Counted from the stretch's first letter, positions 40,000-51,266 are shown. The stretch is 64,000 nt of DNA from Candidatus Parcubacteria bacterium (GCA_018664825.1 JABJNO010000018.1:22722-86721); one strand, 5' to 3'. Notes: a model not told the origin generated them from the sequence alone. Made by a program: numbers and translations.

Positions 40000-41547
40000 T
40001 TATTTATCTTCTTTCTTTTCTTCTGCACCTTCTACTTTTTCTTCTAGCTCTACCAAGTCAGTGATGACATTTTTTAGCTTTTCTTCATCACCTTCTGATA
40101 GTTCACTAGTTTTTTCAATATTATCCATTGCATCTTTGGCTTCAGCATCAAGCTTGCTAAATAACTTTTCTTCAAAAGCATGCAAATTTTCTACTGGCAC
40201 CTTGTCCAAATAACCATTGGCAGCTGCATAGATAATACCAATTTGTTTTGATTGGGGTAGTGGATTGTATTGACCTTGTTTTAATACTTCGGTTATACGA
40301 GCACCACGATCAAGTAATTGCTTGGTAGAATCATCAAGATCTGATCCAAATTGAGCAAAGGCTTCCATTTCTCTATATTGAGCTAAATCAATCTTAAGTT
40401 TACCGGCTACTTTTTTCATAGCCTTCTTTTGAGCAGCAGAACCTACACGAGACACTGAAAGTCCAGTTGATAGAGCTGGCCTGATTCCTTTATAGAACAA
40501 ATCTGTTTCCAAGAAAATCTGACCATCAGTAATAGAAATTACGTTGGTTGGAATATAAGCTGAAATATCACCGGCTTGAGTTTCGATAATTGGAAGAGCT
40601 GTTAGTGATCCTCCGCCTTCAGCATCACTCATCTTAGCAGCACGTTCTAACAATCTTGAGTGAACATAAAAAACATCACCAGGATAAGCCTCACGTCCAG
40701 GAGGTCTCTTTAGAAGTAAAGAAATCTGACGATAAGCTACAGCATGTTTTGATAAATCATCATATATAACTAATACATCTTTACCTTGATCCATAAAATA
40801 TTCTCCCATAGAACACCCTGCATAAGGAGCAATATAGGATAAAGCTGCTGACTCAGATGCACCAGCTACAACTACGGTTGTATAATCCATAGCACCAGTT
40901 TCTTCAAGCTTGGCAACTATTCTAGCTACCTTTGATTCTTTTTGACCGATGGCGACATAAATACAAATCACATCTTTACCTTTTTGGTTGATAATAGCAT
41001 CGATGGCCAAAGCAGTTTTACCAATTTGACGATCACCAATGATCAACTCACGTTGTCCTTTGCCAATAGGAATAATAGAATCAATTACTTTGATCCCAGT
41101 TTCTAGTGGCTCAAATACTGATTGACGAGTGATAACACCAGGAGCAATCTTTTCTACTGGATAATGGTCTTTTGATTTGATTTCACCTTTACCATCAATA
41201 GCGGCCCCCAGTGGATTTACCACGCGGCCAACTACTGCTTCACCAACTGGTACTTCAAGAATACGTTTTGTTCTTTTTACTTTATCACCCTCTTTTAGAG
41301 CGCCGTATTCACCAAGAATAATAACACCAATAGAGTGTTCTTCTAAGTTCAAAACCACACCGTAGATTTTATCTCCAGCTTTGGTTTCAAATTCAAGCAT
41401 CTCAGAAGACATAGCGTCTGATAGTCCAGAAACTTTGGCAATACCGTCACCCACTTCGATAACTTCGCCAACTGTTTCTTCTTTGACATCTGACTGCCAA
41501 TCCTCTAGTTGCTTTTGTAAACTTTTTACTAAATGATCGTAAGACAT
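40000..41547 (-). CDS. atpA: F1 ATP synthase alpha subunit
   Basis: It carries GDRQIGKT. Confidence 0.9.
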   Translation of the reverse strand: MSYDHLVKSLQKQLEDWQSDVKEETVGEVIEVGDGIAKVSGLSDAMSSEMLEFETKAGDKIYGVVLNLEEHSIGVIILGEYGALKEGDKVKRTKRILEVPVGEAVVGRVVNPLGAAIDGKGEIKSKDHYPVEKIAPGVITRQSVFEPLETGIKVIDSIIPIGKGQRELIIGDRQIGKTALAIDAIINQKGKDVICIYVAIGQKESKVARIVAKLEETGAMDYTTVVVAGASESAALSYIAPYAGCSMGEYFMDQGKDVLVIYDDLSKHAVAYRQISLLLKRPPGREAYPGDVFYVHSRLLERAAKMSDAEGGGSLTALPIIETQAGDISAYIPTNVISITDGQIFLETDLFYKGIRPALSTGLSVSRVGSAAQKKAMKKVAGKLKIDLAQYREMEAFAQFGSDLDDSTKQLLDRGARITEVLKQGQYNPLPQSKQIGIIYAAANGYLDKVPVENLHAFEEKLFSKLDAEAKDAMDNIEKTSELSEGDEEKLKNVITDLVELEEKVEGAEEKKEDK

Positions 41548-41551
41548 ATTA

Positions 41552-41992
41552 TTAATTGCTTAATTGTTTTGCTAAATTATTTAATTGATGTCTGATAGAC
41601 ATATCTATGATTTTATCGTTATATTTTATTACTGCGCCGCCGATCAAATCTTTTTCTGTTTCAGTCTTTACCACCACCTCTTTACTGGTCTTTTGGCCCA
41701 GGCTACCCTCTCTGGCTTCGCCATTCACCTTGCCTTTTACTAAATCAGCGATTTGTTTGATCTCTGCGCTTGGCAATTCTTCTGAGCTAGTCACCTCAGC
41801 AGATACAATCCCTTCTTTTGAAAAATGAACAACTTCAAGTTCAGCCAAAATATTTGGAATCATATACACCAAATGATGCTCTGCTAAATAGTTGGAAAAA
41901 TTGGCAACAATAACATCTAATTCTTTAGCCTCTTTTCCAACGCTAGCTTGATACAAGGCTGCGGTTAAAATTTTGACTTGATCTTTTTTCAT
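41552..41992 (-). CDS. atpH: F1 ATP synthase delta subunit (OSCP)
   Basis: Position and size support this. Confidence 0.7.
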   Translation of the reverse strand: MKKDQVKILTAALYQASVGKEAKELDVIVANFSNYLAEHHLVYMIPNILAELEVVHFSKEGIVSAEVTSSEELPSAEIKQIADLVKGKVNGEAREGSLGQKTSKEVVVKTETEKDLIGGAVIKYNDKIIDMSIRHQLNNLAKQLSN

Positions 41993-41993
41993 C

Positions 41994-42488
41994 TTATTTC
42001 AAATCTTTTAATACTTTATCAATATATTTTTTATCAATATCTTTGGAAATTCCAGCAGACAAAATCTTTTCAAGAGCTACCACCACCATTTTAGATACCT
42101 CTCCCCTTACTTCATTGATCATGGTTGATTTTTCATTATCAATTTGTTGTTTGGCTTTTTCAATAAGCTTGGCCACTTCCTCTTTTGTTTTACCCAAATT
42201 TTCCTGCTTATTCTTTTCGGATAGTTTTTTTGCTTCTTCCAAAATACCAAGAGCCTCGCCTTTGGTTTCAATCAATTTATCTTTTATATCTTTTTCAGTA
42301 CTTTCTAGTTTATCAGCAGCTGCCTTGGCGTCTGACAGGCCCTGTTCAATTTCATTGTTACGAGCTTCCATAGTATTCATCAAAGGCTTGATAGCAAATT
42401 TCCACAATACAAACACTACGATGGCAAAGTTTACCAACTGTGCGGCCATTAATTTCCAATCAACTCCAAACAATTCTAAAATTTCCAT
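41994..42488 (-). CDS. atpF: Fo ATP synthase b subunit
   Basis: It has an N-terminal TM plus a long charged helix. Confidence 0.7.
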   Translation of the reverse strand: MEILELFGVDWKLMAAQLVNFAIVVFVLWKFAIKPLMNTMEARNNEIEQGLSDAKAAADKLESTEKDIKDKLIETKGEALGILEEAKKLSEKNKQENLGKTKEEVAKLIEKAKQQIDNEKSTMINEVRGEVSKMVVVALEKILSAGISKDIDKKYIDKVLKDLK

Positions 42489-42551
42489 ATTATTTACTAA
42501 ATTAATTGCTTAGTCGTACCTCTATACTAAGAGGTACTCAAAATAATCAAT

Positions 42552-42800
<249 letters not shown>

Positions 42801-42851
42801 TTATTTTTTGTTTTACGTCGCTTGAAGTATCTATTTATTAATAATGACTTA

Positions 42852-42898
42852 TGTCATTTCGATCAGAGTAAAATGTTTTTACTGCGTTCGAAATGACA
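42852..42898 (-). promoter_or_regulatory. Perfect 11-bp inverted repeat (tgtcatttcga ... tcgaaatgaca) in the atpB-atpE intergenic region; a candidate mRNA stem-loop or processing/translation-control element
   Basis: It was read directly from the sequence. The two arms are separated by 25 nt. Confidence 0.4.
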
Positions 42899-42903
42899 CA
42901 ATT

Positions 42904-43812
42904 TTAATGTTCGTGTGAAGTTGAGGCAATTGTAAAATATACCAAAGTAAGTACAGCAAATATCAATGCTTGTATTATACCTACTATAATTTCTAAAAAC
43001 ATAAACGGCAAAGGTACGCCATAGGCTACCATAGCTGAGATAGAAGCCAATAATACTTCACCAGCAAATACGTTTCCAAAAAGCCTAAAAGAAAGTGAGG
43101 CAATCTTGGCAAATTCACTAATAATCTCGATAAGTCCTACAAAAAAATGAATAGGATTGACCAAAACTATAGTTGGTTCTTTGATTATCTTTTTTGGAAT
43201 TTCCAAAATAGCCTTGATATTTACAAACTTATTGAAATAGTTCCAACCACCAACTACCATCACACCAAATACATTGGCAGCTACTACAGAAAACAATCCT
43301 AGGGCCAATGTGGTATTCAGGTCGGCTGTTGCTCCCCTAAATAGCAAAGTACCATCATAAGTGATAGACCCAACCCCCGGAAACATACCTAGCCAATTGT
43401 TTATTAATACAAATATAAATATAGCAAAGATAATCGGAAATACTTTTTTACTCTTATCTCTATCATTGGTCACCAAATCCATCATGCCCAAAGCACCGTC
43501 GATTATGGTTTCCACCATACCCTGAAAGGCACCTGGAATAAGCTTGGTCTTTTTCCTGATAGCCACAGAAAGTAAAATAATCAAAAAAACTGCTACCCAA
43601 GAAGTAAGCAGTGAATTGGTCACCGTAAAACCACCTATATCAAACAATGGCTCTGAATATAATGTATGTTCGTGTTCGTCATGAACTTCACCGGTATGAG
43701 TATCCTCACCAGCTCCTTGATGCAAGATGTCTTCGGCATTTATTTTGTGCCCATCTTCCTCATTTATATATGTATCTTGGTTATTACTATGATCTGTCGA
43801 TTCCGTGGTCAT
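42904..43812 (-). CDS. atpB: Fo ATP synthase a subunit with a His/acidic-rich N-terminal extension
   Basis: It carries SLSFRLFGNVFAGE (the conserved Arg). The N-terminal ~55 aa read HTGEVHDEHEH. Confidence 0.85.
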   Translation of the reverse strand: MTTESTDHSNNQDTYINEEDGHKINAEDILHQGAGEDTHTGEVHDEHEHTLYSEPLFDIGGFTVTNSLLTSWVAVFLIILLSVAIRKKTKLIPGAFQGMVETIIDGALGMMDLVTNDRDKSKKVFPIIFAIFIFVLINNWLGMFPGVGSITYDGTLLFRGATADLNTTLALGLFSVVAANVFGVMVVGGWNYFNKFVNIKAILEIPKKIIKEPTIVLVNPIHFFVGLIEIISEFAKIASLSFRLFGNVFAGEVLLASISAMVAYGVPLPFMFLEIIVGIIQALIFAVLTLVYFTIASTSHEH

Positions 43813-43813
43813 T

Positions 43814-44107
43814 TTATTTGTTCTTTTCTTTATTCTCTAATTTTTTCTTATCTTCTTGTTCTATCTGCTTCATGTATTTGACGCCAGTGATTCCGATGCC
43901 TACAGAAGAGATGATAAAGGCCAAGGCTGTTATTGATAAAAAATATAACGGCTCTGTACCTTGCTTTTGGTCCAACCAACGCCCCAAATATAGAGCGCTA
44001 ATTACAGGAAAAGCTATCCAACCAGTACTTTCAGCAAATACCAGTAAACCTCTTCTTAACCAGAGATCTTTTGGTTGATTTTGTTTGTCCTTTGGTTGAT
44101 TTTCCAT
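43814..44107 (-). CDS. AtpI/AtpZ-like small membrane protein leading the atp operon
   Basis: It has two TM helices and sits directly upstream of atpB. Confidence 0.45.
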   Translation of the reverse strand: MENQPKDKQNQPKDLWLRRGLLVFAESTGWIAFPVISALYLGRWLDQKQGTEPLYFLSITALAFIISSVGIGITGVKYMKQIEQEDKKKLENKEKNK

Positions 44108-44188
44108 AATTTATAATTAACAAAAACCGGCTACATTATATACCTTTACTATCTAAAAGTCAATAGTTTTCTGAATTATTTAATATTT

Positions 44189-44848
44189 TTAAGAAGACGT
44201 ATTTGTAAACTCTACCTTTCCCCAAATTTGGTGTTTTTTGGCTAATTTTTTAGCTTTTTTTAATAAATGTTTATTTTTTACTATAGTCAAATTTCCTTCT
44301 ATTTGTATATCATCTGGAAGATCTTCTATCTCGGTCATGGACAATTTTAAGTCACCGACTATTCTCAACCTTTTTGGCAATTTTTTCATTTCAGTAAAAT
44401 GTATATAAGCATCTCCCAATATAGTCATATTGTCTGGTAAATCAAAATCCTCAAAACCCTCTATTTCAAAATGTTCATTTTTGTATATTACCTCTCTGGT
44501 TTCTGGTTTAAGAATAATATTCTCCTCAAACCACTCATCTGCATCTGACTGGGGAATTCCAGCGTCTTTATTTTTTGTTTCTCTACTGAGAAAAACCGCC
44601 CGTATAAGCTGGTCTTTTATTTTTTCTGGATCAAAAAAGAATTTTTTAATTCCATCCATAATAGCTATAAAAGAACTCCGTAATTCCTTTAAACGACGAG
44701 TGTCTTTGTTGGTAATACTGGAATAAAAAATTTCTCCACATTCTTCCATGAGTTTTTTTAAAAACTCCAGATCCCCTCTTAAATCTTTACAATTTTCTAT
44801 TGGCATAATATTTATTCTACTATAATTTTGCAATTTTAAAAACAGCAA
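44189..44848 (-). CDS. Long member (A) of the window-expanded Cys-motif family, with C-terminal LRR-like LPxxLxIxGxL repeats and a basic KKAKKLAKK tail
   Basis: The N-terminal motif is IENCKDLRGDLEFL. The FYV-equivalent is KKFFFDPEKI. The repeats are LPDNMTILGDAY, LPKRLRIVGDLKL and LPDDIQIEGNLTI. Confidence 0.5.
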   Translation of the reverse strand: MLFLKLQNYSRINIMPIENCKDLRGDLEFLKKLMEECGEIFYSSITNKDTRRLKELRSSFIAIMDGIKKFFFDPEKIKDQLIRAVFLSRETKNKDAGIPQSDADEWFEENIILKPETREVIYKNEHFEIEGFEDFDLPDNMTILGDAYIHFTEMKKLPKRLRIVGDLKLSMTEIEDLPDDIQIEGNLTIVKNKHLLKKAKKLAKKHQIWGKVEFTNTSS

Positions 44849-44876
44849 ACTAAATTGCTGTTTTTAAGTATAAGTT

Positions 44877-45089
44877 TTATTTCTTATCATCACCTTGAGC
44901 TTCTTCTTCGGCGCAAAATTCTTCGATTTGCGCTTCTAGCTCAGCGATGTCTTTTTCGGCTTGTTCTTTGAACTCTGTTAGTTCTTGGACCTCTTTGTCA
45001 AATTCCATTTTATCTAGTGTCTCTACAGTGTCTTTGGCCTCTTCTCCCATTTCTTGCCGAAAGCCTTGTCCCATTTTTTGTTCTGGCAT
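44877..45089 (-). CDS. Small acidic coiled-coil protein (70 aa) between family member A and the AAA+ gene
   Basis: It is an ORF with E/K-rich heptads. Confidence 0.35.
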   Translation of the reverse strand: MPEQKMGQGFRQEMGEEAKDTVETLDKMEFDKEVQELTEFKEQAEKDIAELEAQIEEFCAEEEAQGDDKK

Positions 45090-45134
45090 ATTTTTTCAAT
45101 TAAATTAATATTCTTATTAAATTACCTAATTTTA

Positions 45135-48032
45135 TTACGTTTTACCCTTAAGTGCACTTTTGATAAGCTCTCCTTTTGCATCCAAGTCCATACCATCAGC
45201 AGCACTCCTTGTCTCTTCATTTATTATACCTTTTTTCTGAAGTAAATCAAGTAGCATGTCATAAAAATCAGAACTTTCCTGAACAAACTCTTCGTCTGAT
45301 GTATTGTCTCTAAAGTCTTCATTAACGACTATCTCGCCATCTTTTCTCTCTACTAGCTTGGTTTTTTCTATATGTTCTCTATATTCTCTAATTTCAGATG
45401 CATTGTCAAATAAATCAGCCTGCAAAACCGCTACTTTGATTTCTCTAACATCTGTAATTAATCTTTGTACTTTTTCAGCCATTTCATCAATTCCAGCCAT
45501 TTCTTTGTAGACTCCTTGCATTTTTTCATACTCAGCTTTCTTTCTTGGTGGTAGATAACCAAATAACAATTGTAAAGTCTCCAGTGAGGAGAAATATTGT
45601 ATATTGTATTTACCATCGGTATTGAGTAATCCAGCTGCATCACCATTTTGATTGATTGATTTGTATTTGTCTATAGATTTATGAGGATTAAATGAAGTTA
45701 GAGTCTTTTGCCAATTTTTTAAATTTTCCTCCTGATCTCCTCCGGTTGTTGTGGTATAATCTGGCCATTTTTCACTACTCTGAAAAAAGCCTGCTTTTTC
45801 TAAAATAGAATAAATAATTACTTGCTCTTCTGGAAATTGATCATACTTTCTAATATACTTATATAGATAATATTCAATATCCATATTGGTACCTTCATCC
45901 ATGTATCCGCCAATTACATTATCAATCAACTCACGCATAGTAAGATTTGATTTTTTTAATTTATCACTATAATTGGTGGTAGTACCAGCCCCAATGAGTT
46001 GATCAAGATTTCTAAACTCAGGCAAATTTTCCGCACTACCTTCAAACATATCCATAATAATGCGAGCACCCATACTCAAGCGATATATATCCTTGAATAC
46101 AGAAAACCTATCTTCCTGCTTGACCAAAAGCTCTGCACCCATCCTGTCATTAAGAAGTTTGACCAACAACACTTGGAAAATTTGATCGTGCTTGGCTCTT
46201 TCTTTTGATTTTTTAACAACTTCCATAGCTTCTGGAAAATCCGCAAAAGCAGTATCGGCTAATTTTTCTAAATCAAGCCTACCCAAAAGTTCATCAATAT
46301 TTGACACCTCTCTTGATTGAGGAAGGTATCCCATCTTGATTGGGTGGATTCTACTATATGAAGCTGGATCCATATCGTTGTATCTAGCCTGCTTGTATCT
46401 TTCACCGGTATTACCAGTCCAGATCACACAATAACCATCTTTGACTTGAATATCTCCGGAGTCAGTCCTAGTCTGGATGATGTCACCGGGTTTTTTGGTA
46501 AGTAGATCATTGAAGGCAATCAATACCTCTGGAGTAATAGCATTGGCCTCATCAATAATCAAGGGTTTACCTTCGGTCATGGCTTTGTACATAGCACCTA
46601 GAACATAACGCCCCTGTACCTGATTGCCAAATAAACCTTCTAATTGCTGTTCTATGTCTGCAGAAAATTCTTCTGGTAATTTTTCTTTATTATCTTCTAC
46701 ATATTGATCAAATTTTTCTTTATCAAAATCTTCACCAGGATTGGCGTGATCAAAATCTTCTTTCAATCTATTCAAGACAATTGTATCTCTAAAATCACCT
46801 TTACGCTTTGCAAGCTCTGCCATTAATACATCGTCTGGAACACTATCGTCAAAAATCTCACCAGTACCTGAGTCTTTGTTTAAAATATTTAAAACTTCAG
46901 AAAGTGATAATTTTTGAATTTTAAATTCTTCGGTAAATCTATCAGGATCCAAAAATTTACTACCCGAAACTATGATAGGCTCATTCTTGAATCTAGTACG
47001 AGATAGATGCACAGCTAAAGCGGTTTTCCCGGTACCAAAGTCTCCATGAAGATACACGATGGTCGGGGGTCTTTTTGTCAAAGAAGGCATAGCCTCTTCT
47101 ATAATCTTTTTTACATAGTCTGTTTCTACTATTTTACCTGTATTTAATAATTCATGTAGATATTTCATTTCCTTGCTATAATTTACATAAGCAGGAATAA
47201 AATCTTTTTCTACTATATTGCCCTGTTCATCATATGTTGCCTCTGTGCCCAGTTTGTATTCAGTATTATATTTTTTGGCAGCCAACCTCTCTACTCTACT
47301 CGTAGACTTCTGCATCTTTTCTTCATCTACTCCGTGAATCCTAGCTTTTTCACCCTGAGTACGCAAAGAATCTTCATTACGACTAACATTGGCCATATGG
47401 ATTCCCCTTTTGACAGTTTCAATCTGACGTAAAGAGTCCCTCACTTCTGGCAATGAACTTCTAGAATATGCTTTTATTTTTTGAATATCTTCTTCTTCAT
47501 AAGCATCCATCTCTTCACTCAAGGTACTATAATGTGCCTCCATTAAGACATCAAATCTAGCCAGTTTACCCAAAGTACGGACTTCTACCTCTGCTTCCAT
47601 CTCTCTTTCTTTTTTGGCGTCTCTTGCATGAACCCCGTTGACGTCCAAAATCTTTTTTCTTTCTGTCTTATCTATAGAGTCCATGAGCATTTCCATAAAA
47701 ACATCCCTATCAACTCCCCACACAGCATCAAAATCAGCGAGTCTTATAGGATGAGCAAATTTATTTTTTGGATCAGCTTCTTGAGCATTTTTCAAATGCT
47801 CTTGAACAACAGCCTTTAAATCATCTGGCAAAGTATCAAATACCTCTGAGGTCACCAAATTTTCATAAGTCATGTACTTTTTGATCTCATCAAAAATAGA
47901 CAACATCTGCTCTCGCTTGATTTTGTACTCATAAGCCAATCTCTCTGCCTCCAAAGCCTCTGCTACTTCCGCTCTCTGCTCTTCATCATTTAGCTCTGGT
48001 GAAGGTATGGTTGGCATTCTTGATTCTTTCAT
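45135..48032 (-). CDS. Very large (965 aa) AAA+ ATPase of the MoxR/AAA_5-like type, with about 320-aa N-terminal and about 350-aa C-terminal extensions
   Basis: Walker A reads VYLHGDFGTGKTALAV. Walker B reads KPLIIDEANAI. Sensor-1 is WTGNTGERY. An insertion sits between Walker A and B. Confidence 0.7.
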   Translation of the reverse strand: MKESRMPTIPSPELNDEEQRAEVAEALEAERLAYEYKIKREQMLSIFDEIKKYMTYENLVTSEVFDTLPDDLKAVVQEHLKNAQEADPKNKFAHPIRLADFDAVWGVDRDVFMEMLMDSIDKTERKKILDVNGVHARDAKKEREMEAEVEVRTLGKLARFDVLMEAHYSTLSEEMDAYEEEDIQKIKAYSRSSLPEVRDSLRQIETVKRGIHMANVSRNEDSLRTQGEKARIHGVDEEKMQKSTSRVERLAAKKYNTEYKLGTEATYDEQGNIVEKDFIPAYVNYSKEMKYLHELLNTGKIVETDYVKKIIEEAMPSLTKRPPTIVYLHGDFGTGKTALAVHLSRTRFKNEPIIVSGSKFLDPDRFTEEFKIQKLSLSEVLNILNKDSGTGEIFDDSVPDDVLMAELAKRKGDFRDTIVLNRLKEDFDHANPGEDFDKEKFDQYVEDNKEKLPEEFSADIEQQLEGLFGNQVQGRYVLGAMYKAMTEGKPLIIDEANAITPEVLIAFNDLLTKKPGDIIQTRTDSGDIQVKDGYCVIWTGNTGERYKQARYNDMDPASYSRIHPIKMGYLPQSREVSNIDELLGRLDLEKLADTAFADFPEAMEVVKKSKERAKHDQIFQVLLVKLLNDRMGAELLVKQEDRFSVFKDIYRLSMGARIIMDMFEGSAENLPEFRNLDQLIGAGTTTNYSDKLKKSNLTMRELIDNVIGGYMDEGTNMDIEYYLYKYIRKYDQFPEEQVIIYSILEKAGFFQSSEKWPDYTTTTGGDQEENLKNWQKTLTSFNPHKSIDKYKSINQNGDAAGLLNTDGKYNIQYFSSLETLQLLFGYLPPRKKAEYEKMQGVYKEMAGIDEMAEKVQRLITDVREIKVAVLQADLFDNASEIREYREHIEKTKLVERKDGEIVVNEDFRDNTSDEEFVQESSDFYDMLLDLLQKKGIINEETRSAADGMDLDAKGELIKSALKGKT

Positions 48033-48065
48033 ATTTTTTTGAAAAATAATCTTTATCTCTTATAT

Positions 48066-48094
48066 ATAATAAAATTTATATCACTTTAAGTCAA
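48066..48094 (-). promoter_or_regulatory. Putative promoter (TTGACT-17-TATTAT) upstream of the AAA+ gene
   Basis: The minus strand reads ttgact-17-tattat, about 30 nt upstream of the ATG. Confidence 0.3.
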
Positions 48095-48095
48095 T

Positions 48096-51000
48096 CTATT
48101 TTTCTATTCCATCTAGAATTTCATTCATACTTTTCTCAACTTTTTCGGCAATAATTTTTTTGAGCAGCCTGCTAAAAGATTCAACAATTTGCTCGGGAGT
48201 ATTGGCGCGGATTACATTTTCCTTGCCATGTCTTTCGCTAAGACCCTCAAGGGCTGCCTCATCTCCTTCGTGATCACCAATTGCAAACCCACCAACTCCA
48301 ATACCCGTCTCTCCTTTGAAAGCAGCTAAATTTTCATTGGCTTCTTCATTTTTGCCCAAAAATCCACCGTCACAAATTTGGATTACTACTTCAGTCAATT
48401 TGTTATCAGCAATCATTTGTTTGAGCTCTGGATCATTACGATCTCTGAGCATCTTGATCCATAGATCTGCATCAAAGGTGACTTCGCTAGCATTTATTTT
48501 TTTAAATGCCCTCAGGGTACTGATAGTCTCTGCGTCAATGTCTATTTGTGGTTTTTCAGATTCTTCGTCATCCAAAAATGATAGATCCTGCACATCAAAT
48601 TCTTTTATTTTTCTGGCCTCACCATCGTTTCCAAAAAGCCATAATTGAGTGTCACAAATTATATCCAAATTTTCTGGAGCACTATCACCCAAAATCTCTC
48701 TCATTTTGTCTCTAAACAATATCCTAAAAGATCTTAAAGAAGAGTTGAGTAACATTATAGACATGCGCATTTGATCAATCTTACCGCTCATACTACCAGA
48801 ATTATCAATTGCCAAAGTCATGCGCAACATTTTTGGTCTGAGTTCTGAAATAACTCTTTCTACAAGTTGTTCGTAAATAAGTCTATCATCAACCTCAATT
48901 CCCATTTCTATTTCTGGAAAATGTTTTTGCAATCTTTTGACGTCCAATTTTCCACTACGATAATATTTGTCTTTAAAGACTTCGATACGACTAGCAATAT
49001 TGTTTACTACCTCTAGCCAATTTTTGGCCATCTTGTCAGCATAGGGCCTTATCTTTTTTTCTAGTTCTATAAAATCTTTGACAACCCCCTCATTGCTAAG
49101 GTCTTTTCCAGACCAACCACTGTCCGCATCATCGCCCGCTTCAGCCTCTGCTTTGTCCAGGGCTTCCAATAATTTTTTTATCCTAGCTTTGTCGTATTTA
49201 GCTTCTTTATACTCTTCTGATTTTTTGGCTTCTTCTAATTCTCTTAGATTGGCCTCCCTTTGATCTTGCTCTATCATTTGTTCTAGAGCTTCTTTGAGAG
49301 GATTTACAATATCTTTTAGGTCAGTATCATCACCATCTTGATCTTCGGGATTTGTCTCTTGTGGATCACCTTCTCCATCTTCATTATCGTCATCGTCGTC
49401 TCCATCTTCATTGTCGTCGTCTTTATCATCAAAATAATTTTTACGTTTATCAGGTGAAGATTTTGAAGATTTTCCCTTTTGTTTTTTTTGATCTTTATTA
49501 TATAAATTTAAATTAACATACGGATCAAACACTTCTTGTATATCATAAGTGTAATCTGTACTACCTGCCATAGCCTGTACTTCTCTCTCTTCAGAATATT
49601 CTACGGTTACAGAAATTACCTCTCCATCTTTTCCTTCTGTCACTTGGGTAATTATACCTATCTTTCCTCTGTTTGGATCATTTTTATCCACATTGATAAT
49701 TTTGTCACCCTGAGACCAAACTTTCTCTTCCATGTCTGGATCACCACCATCACCGCCATCACCACCTTCTCCTTCGCCTTTTTCTTCTGGCATTGTGACA
49801 TCAAAGCTATCATCCAAAATACAAAGCATAGTAAATATCGGCTCCAAAGTAGTCCTCATTATTTTACTTCTTTCGCTTTGATTATGTTTTAGGGGAAATG
49901 TCCAAGAATATTTTTTTGATTTTGTTTTAGTCTTAAATTCTTCAAAAATATCCAAAAAACTCACGTCTTTTTTTCTCTCTATACCTAATTGAGCTATTAC
50001 TTTTCTCAACCCTGCCTTGTACTGCATCTTGGCTCTTTTGGTATTTACTTGATCAGTAGTCAGGTTGTCAAAAAAATCATTCATCCTGCGGATAAACTCT
50101 GGTTGATTGTTTTTATGTTTTTTATATATTGTATGTAATCCTGGGACAGCAGATAGATTCATAACATTTGACTGAAAATCTGGGTCAACTTCTTCGACCT
50201 TGCCATTTCTTTCTTCAAAATTGGCTACCTTGACAGTAGTAGTCATAAATTCAATATATCTTTTGAGTTGAGCTGGGTCGTCTTTGTATTTTTCCAAAAC
50301 CTTGTTGAGTAATTCTTCATACACTTCGTCTATTGGGCCATTGAGAGCCCTTTCCACATCTTCGTGTACCACAAATTTTCCATTTGGATTTTCTGGACTC
50401 TGGATATCATCTTCATCAAGATCCAACATTTGATTTTTTATAAAAAAAGTCATAAATTGACCAGATCTCATCATGTCTGGTTTTACTTTGGTAAAATCAA
50501 TACCTTGTTCATGGTCTTCGGCTGTAAGTTTGACCAAATTTCCTTTGCCTTTACCAACTTTTTTTATTTCTTTCTTGTCTGGGTTTTTAGGATCTTCTAC
50601 TTCTGCGTATTCCCCGTTACCCTCTCCTACTTCGTTGTACATTACAAAAAGAAGATCGGTATAAGCATCTTTTATTTCTTGGGCTCTTTTTGGAGATACA
50701 TTTTCTCCAAAGTGAGCTGTTTGTTTGACCAGATGATTGACAATCCCATCTTCTAAAACATTATAAAAATGTCTATAAGTATTAAAAAGAGAAAGTGTTT
50801 TTTGTGAATTATCCTTATCACGCATTCTTTTTCTTTCTTCGTATTTGAATTGAGCTATCTGACCATGTTTACCAGCTGGATCAAGCTCTTCCATGGTTTT
50901 ACGATGAGCAAACTCATGAAGCATACCAAACATAATTTGTTCTATATTCATGCCTGTGCCTTCTTTTGAGTTTTTGAATTCTGGCACACTCAAACAAATA

Positions 51001-51257
51001 GTATCAATGCTAGCTGCATAAGAAAAACCCATTCCAAAAACCATGTTGAAACGGGCATTTTTACCTTCCAAAAATGTTCCTATTGTGTCGAGATGTTGCT
51101 GGGCCCACTCACTCATTTCGTCCCTATATGGCCACAGCTCTTTGGGTACACCATTTTGATCCTTGTTTGGATCTTGTTCTGGCTCTTTCTTACCCTTTTT
51201 ATCACCTCCGTCAGCTTGTACTGACATTTCAATTTTAGATCTTCCTTCAAATGACAT
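48096..51257 (-). CDS. 1053-aa protein with an N-terminal HExxH metallopeptidase-like domain (DUF2201_N-like), a poly-acidic linker and a C-terminal von Willebrand A domain with a MIDAS motif
   Basis: It carries MFGMLHEFAHRK (HExxH), DDKDDDNEDGDDDDDNEDGEGD and TLAIDNSGSMSG (DxSxS MIDAS). It lies immediately upstream of the AAA+ gene. Confidence 0.7.
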   Translation of the reverse strand: MSFEGRSKIEMSVQADGGDKKGKKEPEQDPNKDQNGVPKELWPYRDEMSEWAQQHLDTIGTFLEGKNARFNMVFGMGFSYAASIDTICLSVPEFKNSKEGTGMNIEQIMFGMLHEFAHRKTMEELDPAGKHGQIAQFKYEERKRMRDKDNSQKTLSLFNTYRHFYNVLEDGIVNHLVKQTAHFGENVSPKRAQEIKDAYTDLLFVMYNEVGEGNGEYAEVEDPKNPDKKEIKKVGKGKGNLVKLTAEDHEQGIDFTKVKPDMMRSGQFMTFFIKNQMLDLDEDDIQSPENPNGKFVVHEDVERALNGPIDEVYEELLNKVLEKYKDDPAQLKRYIEFMTTTVKVANFEERNGKVEEVDPDFQSNVMNLSAVPGLHTIYKKHKNNQPEFIRRMNDFFDNLTTDQVNTKRAKMQYKAGLRKVIAQLGIERKKDVSFLDIFEEFKTKTKSKKYSWTFPLKHNQSERSKIMRTTLEPIFTMLCILDDSFDVTMPEEKGEGEGGDGGDGGDPDMEEKVWSQGDKIINVDKNDPNRGKIGIITQVTEGKDGEVISVTVEYSEEREVQAMAGSTDYTYDIQEVFDPYVNLNLYNKDQKKQKGKSSKSSPDKRKNYFDDKDDDNEDGDDDDDNEDGEGDPQETNPEDQDGDDTDLKDIVNPLKEALEQMIEQDQREANLRELEEAKKSEEYKEAKYDKARIKKLLEALDKAEAEAGDDADSGWSGKDLSNEGVVKDFIELEKKIRPYADKMAKNWLEVVNNIASRIEVFKDKYYRSGKLDVKRLQKHFPEIEMGIEVDDRLIYEQLVERVISELRPKMLRMTLAIDNSGSMSGKIDQMRMSIMLLNSSLRSFRILFRDKMREILGDSAPENLDIICDTQLWLFGNDGEARKIKEFDVQDLSFLDDEESEKPQIDIDAETISTLRAFKKINASEVTFDADLWIKMLRDRNDPELKQMIADNKLTEVVIQICDGGFLGKNEEANENLAAFKGETGIGVGGFAIGDHEGDEAALEGLSERHGKENVIRANTPEQIVESFSRLLKKIIAEKVEKSMNEILDGIEK

Positions 51258-51266
51258 AGGCTAAAA

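Noticed and set aside
42043-42513. A 156-aa plus-strand ORF
   Set aside because: It is antisense within atpF, so it is a shadow ORF.
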